Shown: positions 10,360 through 23,800 of the stretch, piece by piece | Position numbering within the stretch: position 1 is the first letter of the stretch | Layout: each line of letters starts with the position of its first letter | Origin: Phyllosticta citribraziliensis | Lineage: Eukaryota | Reading direction: 5' to 3' | Assembly: GCF_038025025.1 (NCBI RefSeq) | Contig: NW_027117345.1 | Location: forward strand, 1,674,001 to 1,738,000 | Length of the DNA: 64,000 nucleotides | Notes under the pieces: model-generated | What the model was told of the DNA's origin: nothing | The model's database searches: none | Seen by the model: only the letters and a program-made list of their open reading frames with translations | Program-made: the position numbers and the translations under genes

Positions 10360-11921
10360 CTACTTGAAGACCTTGCCGTCAGCCCACTCGTACGTCTTGC
10401 CGTTGACCTCGATGCCCTTGTCGCAGGCCCACTGGTCCTCGACGAACAAGCGGTCGGCGGCGCTCTTGGGGTCGAGCTTGGTGAAGCTGTAGCTCTCGTG
10501 GTCGGGAGCGACATCGAAGGCGGGGATAGCCTCCTGGCCGCGGACGAGGAAGGCACCCTTGATGATCGAGTCGTTGGTGACACCGTAGACGGAGAGCACA
10601 CCAAAGAGGTACTTGCGGCTAGCCTCGAGACGGGCAAAGAGACCACCTGGAACCCTTGTCAGTCCGACTTTCCTCAAAACGTCACTGGCTGAACCTTACC
10701 AATCAGGTTGGAGCTCATGAAGGTCATGGTGAGCTCGTCGTTGTACTTGAAGTCAACAGCCCAGATAGAGTACTCCTCGTCAAGGTTGACGTTCTCCCAG
10801 AACCAGGGCATGGCACCCGCGCGAGTGTCAGTCTCGTTGGAGTACTTGCGCTTCCAGTCGTCAATGGCGAGGCTAGGGCGTCCGAGAGCCTCAAGGGGGT
10901 GCTTGGGCTTGGGAGCGGGCGCCGGCTCCTCGGCAGCAGCCTTGGGAGCCTCCTTCTTGGGAGCGGCCTCCTTCTTGGGGGCCTCCTTCTTGGGGGGAGC
11001 AACGTTCTTGAGGGCCTCGTTGGTGAGAATGGCCGGCTCAGAGACGGCGGTCCAGATGGGCTGGTTGACAACAGTCTGGAACCAGCGGGTGGTGGCAGGG
11101 TTCTCAGACCTCCACTTGGGGTCGAAGAAGAACTGGAAGCCGCGGCTGATCATGCTAGCGACGAAGATGTCGGCAAGAGTGAGCCTCTCGCTGACGAGGT
11201 ACGTGTTGACCGTCAGGTGCTCCTCGAGGACCTTGATGGTCTTGAGGGCACCAGCCTGGGCCTCCTCGACGGCCTTCTTGTTGTAGGGAGCCCTGCCAAT
11301 CAGGGGGAGGAACCAGCCAGCAAGCTTGGGGAGGACCTCAGAGTTGCCGAAGGACATCCAGCGAAGGATGGAGGCGTAGTCCTGCTTGGTCTTGCCAAGG
11401 AGAGTGGTCTTCTCATTCTGGGAGGTGACTGTGCGCACATTAGCAATTGCTCAGAGGCGACTGGCTCATGTGCGGGCTCTTGATAAAAAGTTTGGTGACA
11501 AAGGACATCAGAGTAAAATCTCTCAACAGTAATTTTCAGACAGGGATAACTGTTTTGATAGGTGTGCTCATCTTTGGGAAAGGGTCCATTTGGGTGCGGA
11601 GCGATTGGTAATGACATACCGTAGACAGCAATGGCAATGCACTCGGAGAGGTTGTAGCCATCGGCACCAACAAAGGTGGGGATCTTGCCGAGCTTGTTGA
11701 CCTTGAGGTAGTCGGCAGAGACGCCCTCGGCGGGGTTGGTCTCGACAATCTCAATGTCGAGGCCGTTCTCCTTGGCAACAGCGATGATGGGCTGCGTGCG
11801 CGGCTGGCCCTGTCGAGGTTTTAGCAGACTGAGCGAGTAGAGTCATCGCGGGGCTGGTGTCGGCCCTGCAACAGAGCTCCACAACACGTACGTTGTAGCC
11901 GTAGAGCTTGCCGAAAGACAT
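10360..11921 (-). CDS. TEF4: Translation elongation factor 1B-gamma (GST-like N domain + EF1G domain), 4 exons
   Basis: Start MSFGKLYGYN; KLGKIPTFVGADGY, KPKHPLEAL, DDWKRKYSN, FMSSNLIGG, RLEASRKYLFG; ends WADGKVFK. Strong C/G-ending codon bias. Confidence 0.95.
11505..11577 (-). ncRNA. snR38: Intronic box C/D snoRNA, snR38 orthologue
   Basis: In eEF1B-gamma intron 2. Box C-like AAGATGA (11574-11568); guide CAGTTATCCCTGT directly before box D' CTGA (11539-11536); box D CTGA (11511-11508). The guide is complementary to conserved LSU rRNA ACAGGGAUAACUG. Yeast snR38 is encoded in the TEF4 intron. Confidence 0.88.
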
Positions 11922-12184
11922 GGCTGCTGTGTTGATTGAAGCGACTGGTATTGAAGAGGTGGGGATTGCAAAAGCCGCTGTCGTTGATCTAGACAGGCAG
12001 AGAGTTGTGGAGGTGTGTTGTTAGCTCGAGGTGGTGTGGCAGGCAAAGTCGCTAGAAATTTGCGAGACAGAGGGGCTAGCGCGAAGCTAGTGTGGCCCGA
12101 GCGCCGAGCCTCAAGCAGCGCGCGAGAAATGTCCACTCGACAACCAGATCAATCGCTTCCCTTGTCCAACGCCAACTCTCACCG

Positions 12185-13356
12185 ATGAAGGGCTCGACGC
12201 TCGTCACCGGCCTTCGAAGGGCCGCGGGCTCTCTGATTCAACCCATCGCACCGCGCATCAGCCCCGCGGCGCTGACGATACCCACCGCCAGACACTCGAC
12301 CGCATCCTTCTCGACTTGCATCTCCCGTCGAGCCGAGTTCCTCGAGGATGACCAGAAAGTCAAGGCCGCTCCTGAAATCGACTTTGATGGCCAAGGCGAC
12401 GAATTCCACAATGCCTTGATGAAGAGGGTGCGCGTCGTCCCAGCGTCACCCTCCTACTTCACCGGCAGACCGAGATTCACCGACGACTTTCTCGAGCTCC
12501 AAGCTCTCGTCCGCAAGTACGAAACATGGCCGCAGATTGATCCGCTTCTGGCGCCCAGAGTAGCCTGGAAGAGCTTGGACGAGTACCAATCGATGGGAAC
12601 GCCCGAGAGCATTAGAATTTCGAGATGGCGCAGGCTTCAGCAGCTCCTGCAACGGCTCAACTACATCCACCCCACGGTCATGCCCGAGGAGGTCTCTCAA
12701 GTGTTGGAACGGTACAAGCGACCGATCAACCCCTATTCGCGAGAGCCCGCCCCGAAGATACTTGATGAGATGGGAAGAGGCAAGGGCGTTGGTCGCAGAA
12801 AGACTTGCTCGGCTGTCGCGTGGCTGGTTGAAGGTGATGGCGAAGTCATAATAAACAGCAAGCCGCTGCACGAGGCATTCCACCTGCTTCATGACCGCGA
12901 GAGCGCGCTGTGGGCGCTCAAGGCTACAAACCGTCTGAGCAACTACAACCTGTTTGCCATTGTGAGGGGGGGTGGCACAACAGGCTGGGCCGAGGCATTG
13001 ACCGTGGCCGTGGCAAGAGCATTGTTGGTACACGAGCCAGGTTTGAAAACTGTTCTGAGAAGAGGTAGGCCTGACAACCCCGAACGCAACACGTCTTCAC
13101 TTTGTTTTGTTCGGAGTCGAGGCACGCGCCTCGCTCTCGCATTTGATTGCATTTCACAAAGCCCTATGTTTGCCTCACTTCGCGACTTCGTACCTAGCTT
13201 TGTCAAGCTCGAAACAAGAAAGTTGTTGCTAGGGTCAATGGCTAACTTTTGGTGTCTCAAACAGCTGGATGCATCACGCGGGATCCCCGCCAGGTGGAGA
13301 GGAAGAAGCCCGGCCATACCAAGGCTCGCAAGATGCCCGCTTGGGTCAAGCGTTAA
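12185..13356 (+). CDS. MRPS9: Mitochondrial small-subunit ribosomal protein S9 (uS9m)
   Basis: Presequence-like N-terminus; [30 protein letters not shown]. After a ~200-nt intron (~13065-13264) the last exon reads [29 protein letters not shown]. Confidence 0.93.
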
Positions 13357-16300
13357 GAGGTGGGACAGTCGTTATGCCGGTTCACCAGTGTCAATTCCGC
13401 ACACGGGGTTCGGATCAAAACCGTTTTCCATGGCAATCATGTCAATGTCAAGATTCCTTTTCAGCCAAATGGCGACAACCGAGCCGATCAAGACCGCTCC
13501 CCCTGCCGGCAGAGCGCCAATGTGCCGCGGTATTTGAGAGTTTGGAGCTTGGTCGCGAAAGAAGGAGAAAAACCAAACACATTGCAGAGCCATTGATTGT
13601 TTGCATCGAGTCAGTGCCATGTGTGGTGATGTGATAGCGGAACAGCTCGGGCCAGAGACAACTCACAAGGCGGAAGTCTATTTGCAACAGCCCTCGCTCG
13701 GGGTCCTGAACGCATGTTGGCCGACCCATGCAGCGTATATATTCGGATGAAGCGGTCTAGACCCGAAGGACCAGGGAGAGCACTGGTGAAACTCGTTTGC
13801 ATTGCAGGTCGTCTGGCACGGCATGGGGAGATGGGCAAAGCTGGAGGGAGTCGCGGGGGATTTGTGATGACAGCATCATCTGCCTCGCACTCGACGTCAA
13901 TTGATCCTGCTCACTCAGTCTCGGCCCGTTTGCCAGCCGTGTACCATAGCGGTTGGTGGCAGGCCAGGGGACGGAAGAATTTGCCAAAGGCAAAGATATG
14001 CTTTTGAAAACTGGCTTTTGCGATAGGTCGAATGGAACTGCACGGCCGGAGGTTGCGCCCAGTGGCTTTGCGATTTGGCGACATGAGCAGCAGAGCGCCA
14101 TGCATGGGCAAGCCACACAGAGGGTGCAAAGTTGGAAGCGAAGCTGTCAATGTCACGGGCGAGTCGCACAGAGACAAGATTCAGGGTCGCCCTTTGTCAG
14201 CGCTGCCGGGCCTGAGACGGAGCTGGCAGAGTCCGCAGAGGGCCATGTCGCTCGGAAGCAAACGAAAGCTTCTAGAAAGCAGAAATGGTGCAATTTGACG
14301 AGGATCCTTGCAGGTCGACGTGATGCAGCGACGGGAGCCGTTGGACGATCCGTGATACCACACGGCTCTAAATGAACGACGAACGCGGTTGACTGTTGGG
14401 CCGACCACAGCAAGACTGCCGCGGCGTCCTCAGTGCGCTGCGCAGGCAGCGGAGGCCGTAGGCTAAAACAGCCATGTCAAGTGAGCAGCAGCGCATGCGG
14501 GCGCATGAATCGCAGCCCAACATCCCCTCCTTTGCGGTTGTCGAGATCTACGATAGGGCGGCGGGATAGGGCGGCACCCCGGCGAGGCTTGAAAGGGCGA
14601 TCCGGGCGAGGGATCGACAAGACGATGGCTGTGGAGATGAGTCCTGTGCCTGTGCACCGCAAAGGCGTCGACAGCAGCACAGCGCAGCGCAGCGGGACGG
14701 CAAGCCTCGTTGTCCACGGCCATCGCGTCGCATCGCATTTCATCGGCACATCAGTCCAGCCTGTGTTCCGTTGTGTTTCGGCCTGGCCTGGGGCGGGGGG
14801 TCGTCTGCGACGCCTGGCAGGGCTGGTCGTGCAAGATGCGCGCGTGCGTCGTGAAGTCTGGTTCCTGGGCGTGGGTGGGTGGCATCCCGGGAGATGACGA
14901 GATGATGAGTACCGGACTGAGTGAGGAGCTTTATGGGTGTATCTGGAGGTGGTGAGGTCCAGCGCGTGCAGGTGAGGTGGTGGTTGAGTGAGGATCGTCG
15001 CAGCTACCTCGGGCTTTTCCTCCCTCTCTGCGCTCCTCTCTCTCGTCTGCCTTGCCTGTCCATCAACATGAACCTTGAAAATCCAAACACCACCACTACT
15101 GCACATCCGCCTGTCGAGCCTTACCCGTATCGTACATCGCTCCCTCTTACACCTTGGCGACCACTGCGCGCAAACTGGCCGCTGCTCTCAATTCGCCTGG
15201 CCATAGCACCCCATCTCATCCCGTCATGTCTCGCACGAGCCCTTGGCCGTCGAGAGCCGTGAGCCGTGAAGCAGCCCGGCGTCGCGTCGTGGCGCCCGGC
15301 GCGCGGCTGTGGTAGATGTTGACAAAAGCGTAAACCTGCTCTCGTCTGCCCTGTTGCCCTCTCTGTGTGCTGTGTGCGCTGGCTGACCTGGCGGCGCCCT
15401 GCTTCATTCATCACCCTTGATCCCGTCCTCATCAACCACCAGCTCCAGGCCAGCCCTAGGAGCGATCCCGAGCCGATCAGCTCACCTCCCCCGGTGGCCG
15501 TCTGTACAAACGGGGCCGTCAGGTCGCGAATGGGGCTTCACCGAACGCCATCCTCCTCCTCAGTAACCTCTTCCCAGTCCTCGAATTTCCAGCAGTGACG
15601 GCCTCGCCACTACCTCCACTCCCAAAAGAAGCCCATCCTGCACACGCGCCGTCTTTTAAAATCACCCTCTCGGTTGTCTGCTTGAAAGCAAGAAAAAATT
15701 GCCGTCATCCATCCTCACTCACTGTCGAGGATCCACCTTCCCTGCGGGCCGCGGGACGACGACTCGACGTTGGCCGACGCGACAAGGTTCCGTCTTCTTC
15801 ACTTCAGGCCGAGAAAGGCGTGGATCGCGCCGCCTCCTGCGCGTCTCCTCTTCGTCCGCCGATATCTTGCAAGGTTGCCCTTTCTCATCCCGTTTCGCAG
15901 CCCTGCCGAACACCGCTCTCCTCGCCGTCCAAGGATTCTCCCCGCTCTTTCACAAGCTTTGTTTTTTGACACCCGGGCAGGCACAGCCTGCGCGTTGTGG
16001 CCGGCCCACCCTCGCTGACGCGACCCGCCAGTCTCCGCCTCAAGAAGGGTCATTCCGAATTCTGTTCGATCGAGGTACCAGAGGCCACTCGTGCTGCCCA
16101 TCCCCTCTCCTCGAGGGTATCCTTGCGCCAATCATTGACGACTGTGAGGCTGCTACGCCATTCTTTCAACGGTGCAAACTCCGCCTGTCATTGGCCCGTA
16201 GCTCTGTTGCGTCGGGCCTGAGTCGCGTCTGTTTAATATCCCACACAGTCGCTGACTTCAGACCTTTGCGAGGTGTCAAACTCCTCTCGTTCAACCCACC

Positions 16301-16535
16301 AGCTCTGACTCGCTGATACGCGTCCCAGAGGCCGCAAACCAACTTCGCAGCCTGCTCGCACGCTACCGCTCGCTTGCTCGGCCGACCCACTCGACGTGTT
16401 TCGTTCGACTAGACCAGAATCAGAGCAGAAATTGGAAAGCTGGCCGTCTACGCGACTCCTCCTTCATCGCCGCAGGGGCAAAGGGGTGCGCTCGATCCGC
16501 CCATAGATCCCTCTCGCAAGGGCAGGTCGACTGGC

Positions 16536-17817
16536 ATGGACAATAATGACCGTCGGCAGAGGCAGCAGAATCCACCTGGTTACGCTCCACAACAAGGACT
16601 CATCCAGCAGCCTCAGCAGTATCCAGCCGTAAGCGGAGCCGACCGTTTTCGACAGAATCCATTGACGGCGCAGCAATCGCCATCTTCCGCGCCTTCGAGC
16701 GGACGGGCAGGAACCGGACAAGGGTACGGCTACGGCGGTTACGGCGAAGGCGCGCAGTTTGTAGGCTCGTCCATCCAGGCCGGAGCGCTGCAGTATCCCC
16801 CCGAGTACGGCCAAGATCAGCAAAGAACGCCCCAGCAATACTCGCAGTACGCATCCAACATGATGTACAATGTGCCGGCCCAGCAGCAGGCGGCTCCGCA
16901 GTCCCCGTACGAATCCGTGCAACAGTACCAGCCGCGGCAGTCTGCAGCAATAGAGGTGTTGTCAACCCAATTTGGAGTTCCACAGCAGTATTATGGTGTG
17001 CCCGGCGAAAGTGGGCCAACTAGCGCCCCTGCGGCTGGAATGGCCGCGCAAAACGTGCCATCACAGTACCCGAACCTTTCTTATACCACACAGAGTCCCG
17101 TCGGACGGGATCCTCTTGCCCCCGCGTACGCCACTGGAATGAGCGATCCGACGCAGGGAGGCTCGCACGGAGCATACGCCCAACCAAACTATCCGGCCTC
17201 GGGTGCGTCTTCGGATTGGGACAATGCCTACGCCGAGTACCAGACGCAGGTCAAGAGGACTTTTGAACTGATCCGCGATGGTCGCCTCAGCGAAGGCGGC
17301 ACCTGCTTGCTCCGAATCACGAAATGGCTGCTGGGAAACGCCGAGGCTTTGGGTAAGCCAAGTGGGTCGCGAAATTGCACGAACTGAGCAGCTGAATTGA
17401 CAATAGGACTAGTTCGAGATGACGAGTCCATGCAACAGGACCGCCTGAAGCTGTGGGAAGAATTCAACACGGCCTGGTTGAGCATCCTACAATCGCAAAA
17501 GGACATGTCGCAGGAAATGGCCGAGTCCGGACAACCCCCACGACCCCCGAGGACCATGATGGACTACGAATTCATGGAGTCCATGGGCAAGGAGCTCGTG
17601 AGCCTCTGCGACAACATGGAGAAGCATGGATTGGTCGACTACCAAATGGGAGTCTGGGAGGAGGAAATCATTGCCAGTTCGTCCACACTCCAAGCAACAC
17701 GGGCAACGCTTGCTAACTTTTGAGCCAGTCCTCACAAGGTGCCTCGATCTGCTCGAGGAACACACGGGAGCCGGCAGTGCCGGCGCTCAAACGACGTCTA
17801 CCGCGAGGAGGCGATGA
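16536..17817 (+). CDS. Fungal hypothetical protein: Q/Y/P-rich disordered N-half with a helical C-terminal domain, 3 exons
   Basis: ORFs 16536-17352, ~17407-17676 and ~17730-17817 join through GT-AG introns. C-terminal domain reads LWEEFNTAWL...LVSLCDNMEKHGLVDYQMGVWEEEII. Confidence 0.8.
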
Positions 17818-20800
17818 GGAGCAACGTCGTTACGATCAAAAGCCATCTTCTCGATAACGCCCCCGCAATGATGAATGCGTATGCTTTTATTGATCTCTAT
17901 ATTGTACGCCAGATGGCTGCGTACCGTTTTTCTATTTACATTACCACGTCCCTCTTTTCTTTCCCCTTCGTTGTACGCATATCCTCCCTTGCTGGTGCCG
18001 GGATCTTCAGCGCACCGGACCGTCTCGCGTTGGTCCTAGTCCTCCGCCGACCGTTTCTTTTCCATCACTTTCCCATTGTGTCCAATATACCAAACGCCGC
18101 GGGGTATGTGGGTTGTGGCGTTTTCGAGGAGGTTCTTTTTGTCACTGTACAAATATCGAGCATAGTTCGGGCGAGGCGCTAGGGTGGGAGGGTAGAGCTT
18201 CGAGTAATGGACTGGCATGGGGGCTGGGTCCGCAGTCGAGGTTTTGGGTCGGGCTGGGTGCGCCTGGGGAAGGGCCTGGAGGGAGAAAAAAGATGGCAGG
18301 GCCGGGTTTGTGATGACGGGACGACGATGATGGTTGGCGTTGGCGTACAAGCGCAAGGGAGGCGTCGAAGGTGGCTTAGCTGTGCAGCTGATGTCTTCCT
18401 CGATCTCTCTCGTGTCTTTGAGCGGGGGCTCCGGGGAGGAGAGGCTTTGGCACCTCGCACGATGGGAGGGATTTCAATTTCTTGTCACGCTGGAGATACC
18501 AAGAGGAGGAGTCGAGAGCAGGATGGGTGGGCGGCCTGGGGCCCGAATGAGGGGCAGGGATTGGTTGGGCAGCAAGCGATTGGTTGGAAGAGACGGATGC
18601 AAAGGCGACGGACGAGACGAGACGAGCTACGCATGGCTTGGTTTGGATCTGCCTGTCTTGACTACGTGTTTGTGTAAAATTATTCGACTGGCAGCAGTGG
18701 TTGCTGTCGTCTGCGGCAAAGAAGCAAGAGTATATCCACCGACCCTGATTCCGCTGCGGGCGCAACCTCCCACGGCCATGTCGCGAGTCTTGTGCTTGAC
18801 GACGACGGACGAGAGGAGGTTGCTGCGGCCGGTGAGAGTGAGGCTCCCACGTTCGTCTTGTACAGAGGCTTGTTGTTGTCCAGCCTGGCATTTGCTTTTT
18901 CCACCGCACCGAGTCGCTGCTGCGAGTATGGGAGGCGTGTGACGCAGCTGACTGCCAGCGCGTCCTTGTACCTGTTGCACAGCTTCGCAAGGTGAGCTCG
19001 CGCCTCTGGCTGACTGCTGAATGCCCGTCGACGCCTGTTCCGCAGCCAGGGCTTTGGTGCAATGCACGCGCGCCACCTTGCGCCGGCCAGGAAGTGTCCA
19101 TGTGCCCAGTACTCCTCTTGGTCCTAAACATTGCAGCCACCTACCAAGAGCAAACACGAGTTCCGCGAGTTTGAGCCTATGAAAGCTCCTTCACTATGCC
19201 TTGTAGACGAGGGAATGCTCCGGAGAAGTCTAGCGTATAGGAGCTCCAGACAGGCTGCCTATTGGGGTGCATCAATGTCTCTTATCTTCTCCTGGCTTGG
19301 TGTTGTGTCCGCGACTTTTGCAACCAAGTCTGCTCCTAGAAGACACGACCATAATACACACCGAAAGACACCCTTCAACAGCTGGTACCATCCAAAGATG
19401 ATGACGGCCATGATTTGCCGAACTGTCGCCAGACGCTCGTCTCCGACAACGCGGGCCGCGTTGTTTCTCGCTTCTCACACGCGACGCCCCTCGACCTCTT
19501 TGCCTCTCCTCTCCTCTGCTCTGCCACCCGCGACCTCGTCCATCGGCCCGCCGGAAATTTCCATGGGCTTTGCGGCACTTTGCTACTCCTGAATTCCCTG
19601 CCACCATGGTTCCTTCGCTTGCCGTTGCTGCTGCCAGGGAACACGCTCCGGCGCTGGCGGCAAGGGTCATGGGACAAGAGGAAGAGGGAAGAAAAAAGCC
19701 CCCCCCCCTCAGCCAGTGCGTCCTTGCAGCTTTGGCCAAAATGTGGTGGACCATCAATGGACAGGTACGCGTCGATGCCGCCTCTCACTGTTACCAGGCA
19801 CAACTTTGCTTTTGTGCTGGTCATGGCTCCCAATCCCACGTCGTCGGTCCTCTGCTGTGAGGCGTCCAGGGTGTCATCAGCCTGCAGCTAGCAAGTTGCT
19901 CTGCTGTCACTGCTCGCATCATGCGCTCTTTCCGCTTCCCTCTTCTCCCATCGCCTCGAGCAAACGGATTTGTTGACGCTAGATCATCACATCGTCCATT
20001 CATGTCGCCAGATTAACCTCAAACAGACCAATTTCTCTCAATGGCAAGAATCAGTCCAGCCCAGGTTTTGTTTTTCCGTCCACTCGAGCAATTTTTTCGG
20101 CCTTCCCGCCAGCCAGTATCCGAGGAATTGTGTCAGTCTTGCACATCGCGGATCGCGGGCGCGTCACATACTACTCATCTCCACTTGGCTGCTCGCCTGA
20201 CGCTCATTGGGGGTTGCCGATGAAATATTGGCTGTGGAAGAGAGACCCGTAGAGCAGCAGTGCAATGAGATCTGCACACTGCCCCTCCCAAACACCGATC
20301 AAGCACGTCCAACGTGGGACTTGTGGGAAACATGTGCCCCTGGCCGAGGGAACAAGAGCAGGGATTTCCAGACTGGTTTCAGCACTGCGACCGCACGCCG
20401 TGCGTGCTATGCTGCTCGTTAGTGGGACACGGCGCGCACTGATTGTTGGCTTGTTGGCTTGTTGGCTCTCAGAGTCGTCAGAGGCCCGCTGATGTTGCGA
20501 GTCCACATGCAAGGAAAACCCCAGGTCTAGATGCGTTCTTTGCCCCGTTTGTCAAGGCATTCGGATGCGGCCGAATATCATTTCCAGGAAACCACCTCAG
20601 GCATGCAAAAGCTGACAAGACGCTCCCTGCGCCTGCTGTTGCTCCCTTCATTCAGCTGCGTCATTCCGGCAAAGCCAGCAATTGCGCACCAAAATGCGTA
20701 TGTAACTCGCAAGTAGCTATTCGTCTTTCGGCACCCAAAGAAAAACCCGGGCGCCCCGAACGTCAGCATCGTCGATCAAGCTGCCCCAGACGCAGCAGCC

Positions 20801-23800
20801 ATACTCCTAGATCGCTCTGTGAACTCTCGCAACGGACAAGACAAGAAATAATCAACAAACGCCGAGGCTTTGATGGCAACATCATGTTCGGTGTCGCCAG
20901 AGATGACAACGCCTGGAACCAGGACTGCATCCATGAAGTATTCGTTCACTACATCCGATGAGCCTGGGGAGCTGTCGTTAGCTGCCACATTTGCGCTTAG
21001 AGACTGCCATTCGCTGTCGTAGTTGTGCCTAGAGTGTCTTTCACCACCGCGCATACTATGATGGCAGTGGCGACACCCGTTGCGGCCCGAGACTCAATCA
21101 CAGGTCGTCTTTCTCAGCTTACTCACGCGCCATGTCAGAATTTTTGCTCTCGTTGCTCATGTTGCCTTCGAAGTCTGAGTTGAAATGCAGGAGACGAAGT
21201 GCTGATTCGCTGCTCCTGATTCTTAAGCATCTATAAATACCAGTAGCGAGACGGCATCATTGGCTTTATTCCGAGCCCGCCCCACGCCAAAGCAGTAATC
21301 AACGCAGGGTCTCTGCCATTCTTGTCGTCTGTGCCCAGGACTTTCTCCACCACCATGAAAACTGCAAGTTCGCCTTCTCGGTCCCAGCCCTCAAGACGGC
21401 GTCGCCGACCATATACCACCGACGTCGGCTGGCTCAACCAGGCAAGTTGTTCATGCGATTGGCAGGAATCCTAAAATTTGACCGAGTTCCATCCGACGAA
21501 GGTCTCATCCAAACAGCTTTCCTGTTTTCCCCCTACGCCCATCAACAATGCCACACCACACGGCCATATTTGTAGCTTGGCCTCGGATCAATGAAGAACC
21601 GCTGCGGCAGCCAAGCGGCCAGCTACGCATCCAGCCGTCATCATTCGTCGTTCGATTGACCTGCCCGGAACCCGTTGCGCAGCAGGCCTGAAAAGATCTG
21701 AGACCTCACATGGCCCATTTGTCCAGATTGGCTTCTCAAGAGTTGGAAGCGGTCTCTGCGCCGCTGGGAGTCCCTCGTCATCCACGCGCCTCCATACAAG
21801 GACGAGGCACTTCCGCCGACGTGCTGGGTGCAGGCGCCGCTGCAGGGACTTATCCTGAAGCTCGCTGACTAGTCCCGCTGGGATGGACTGTCGGCTCTGA
21901 GACATTTCTTGCTCGGTCATCTCGACTGCATCCAATGAGGTACGCCACGAATTTTTTTTTTTTTTTTTTTGCGTCCTGACTTTTCGCTGGACGGTGGACA
22001 TTTCGTGCTCACGGCCCGACAAACGATGTCAAAGAGTTGCACCTTCCTGTCTTGGTGTTGCAGAATCAGCGACTTCCGTATCACTGACGGTGGATACGAC
22101 GCTCGTGACTGAGCCGGACGGCTTCTTCATTCATCAATCACGGCAATCCACATGTCATTGGCCGTCGTCTCATCCATCTCGTTTCTTCCGGGCTCACTCA
22201 GTTCAGGAATGACATGACCGGAAACGTCACGCACAACGCCAAACAACCTTCCCTACACCCGGCGGCATCAAATGCAGGGTCTCCCTTCCGCCACATCATC
22301 GAAACAGAGCCTCCGCGAAATAGGTATCCTGGGATGCCATGATACACAGGTTGCTCAGCCTCTTTTCTAGAAGCCGGCCTGCCTCCTGAGCTTCCTTGCC
22401 TTGATCATAGAACACTTGCATGATGCCGTTGCATGCTCACCCGCCCGCTGAACCTTGAGCCCATCCCGTGAGGCTCAACTGGCCCGCTTTCTCGCTGCGC
22501 TCCCGTCGGACCGTGCCTTTATTGCTGCGTCTTGGCCGGCTTTGTGTTTCCAAAGTTGAGGCAGTATTTTGATGGGGGTTCAGCGCATGTGCGAGAGCCA
22601 CTCACCACGCAAGAGTACAAGTTAGGAGAATTGAGGCACGGAGTGTACTTCAGTCCGCCGACGCTGCATTCCCTGCCCAATTCATTAACGAGTCCATTGT
22701 GAGCCGCAAGCTGTGAGCAAAGAAAGCTGTGATGTACACGAGTGGGAGCCCAATTTGAAAGGGGGATATTGCGCTTCTCAATCCTCCGGTGCGTCTAGAG
22801 ATTCTAGCTCGAATTCGGATTCGGATTCGGATGCTCGTTCACTCCCCTTCCTGTCTCTGGGAGATTCAGCGCGGCTTCTACATCTCTGTACCCCTCACCG
22901 TCCACCTCTACACCCTCATTATCTTGACCTGATCTGCCATGTCATCTTTCCTTAGATGTAGCCCCGGGGCCTGCGGCTTTTCCAACCTTTGGCAATTTGA
23001 GTCAGCGGCCGTATCTTCATGCTCGACAAGCCTACGCTCCCTTTGACTGCTCCTAGACCGCGCTTAATCAAAACTTTGCTTCTGAGACTACAAATTCTAT
23101 CCATCACGCCAACTAATGACGGGTCCATCTGAGCGGCCACCAGAAACTCCACCAAAAAGACGGTCTTTGTCCAGACAGCCACCAAAGCGAGTGACGTTTA
23201 TGACAAGGCTAGCATCTTCGTTGTCGTCGTCGCCGGCACCGTGTAAAGACTCGATTCAGTGAAGAGGGGGACAACGACCATACTCGGCCACGGCGATCTT
23301 CTTCCCTCCCCCCCTTCTCCATCGTACTCCTTCCGACTCTTCTGACGGCTTTGAAGACGACGGCATTGGTCAAATAAAAAAGGCGCAGAAAGCAACGACT
23401 GCGACTCCGTCGCCAGAGCCTTTCGCGGCTCCAGCCGCTTCGACTGTATTCCAGGCTCATAGTTCCGGCGGCAGCGAGTGCGCGAATGGTTCCCCGGGGG
23501 AAGGTGACTGCCACTCCAAATCACAGCACCAGTAACCTTCTTACCACGTCTGCAATTTCGCGAAAGGAGAGTATCCGTGCAGTCGGGCAACTGAGTCTCC
23601 CACAGTCACAATCAAATGTTTGCGCTAGTGGAGTGTGGCGCGTGGACGCGTTGTTCGTTTGCTCAGTTGTAGGTGCAGGCGGTGGGCTTTGCCTTTCGAG
23701 GCTTGTGTTTTCGTTTCCGCGACTGGCGGGTTGGATGCTCCTTGTGACTATTTCGTGGTGATTGAATTCCAGAAGGCTCTGGTGTGGAAGGGCTACGACT

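Noticed and set aside
10656..11483. Long antisense ORFs over eEF1B-gamma (also over RPC1, ABC, FHA, amylase)
   Set aside because: Shadow frames caused by strong codon bias on the coding strand.
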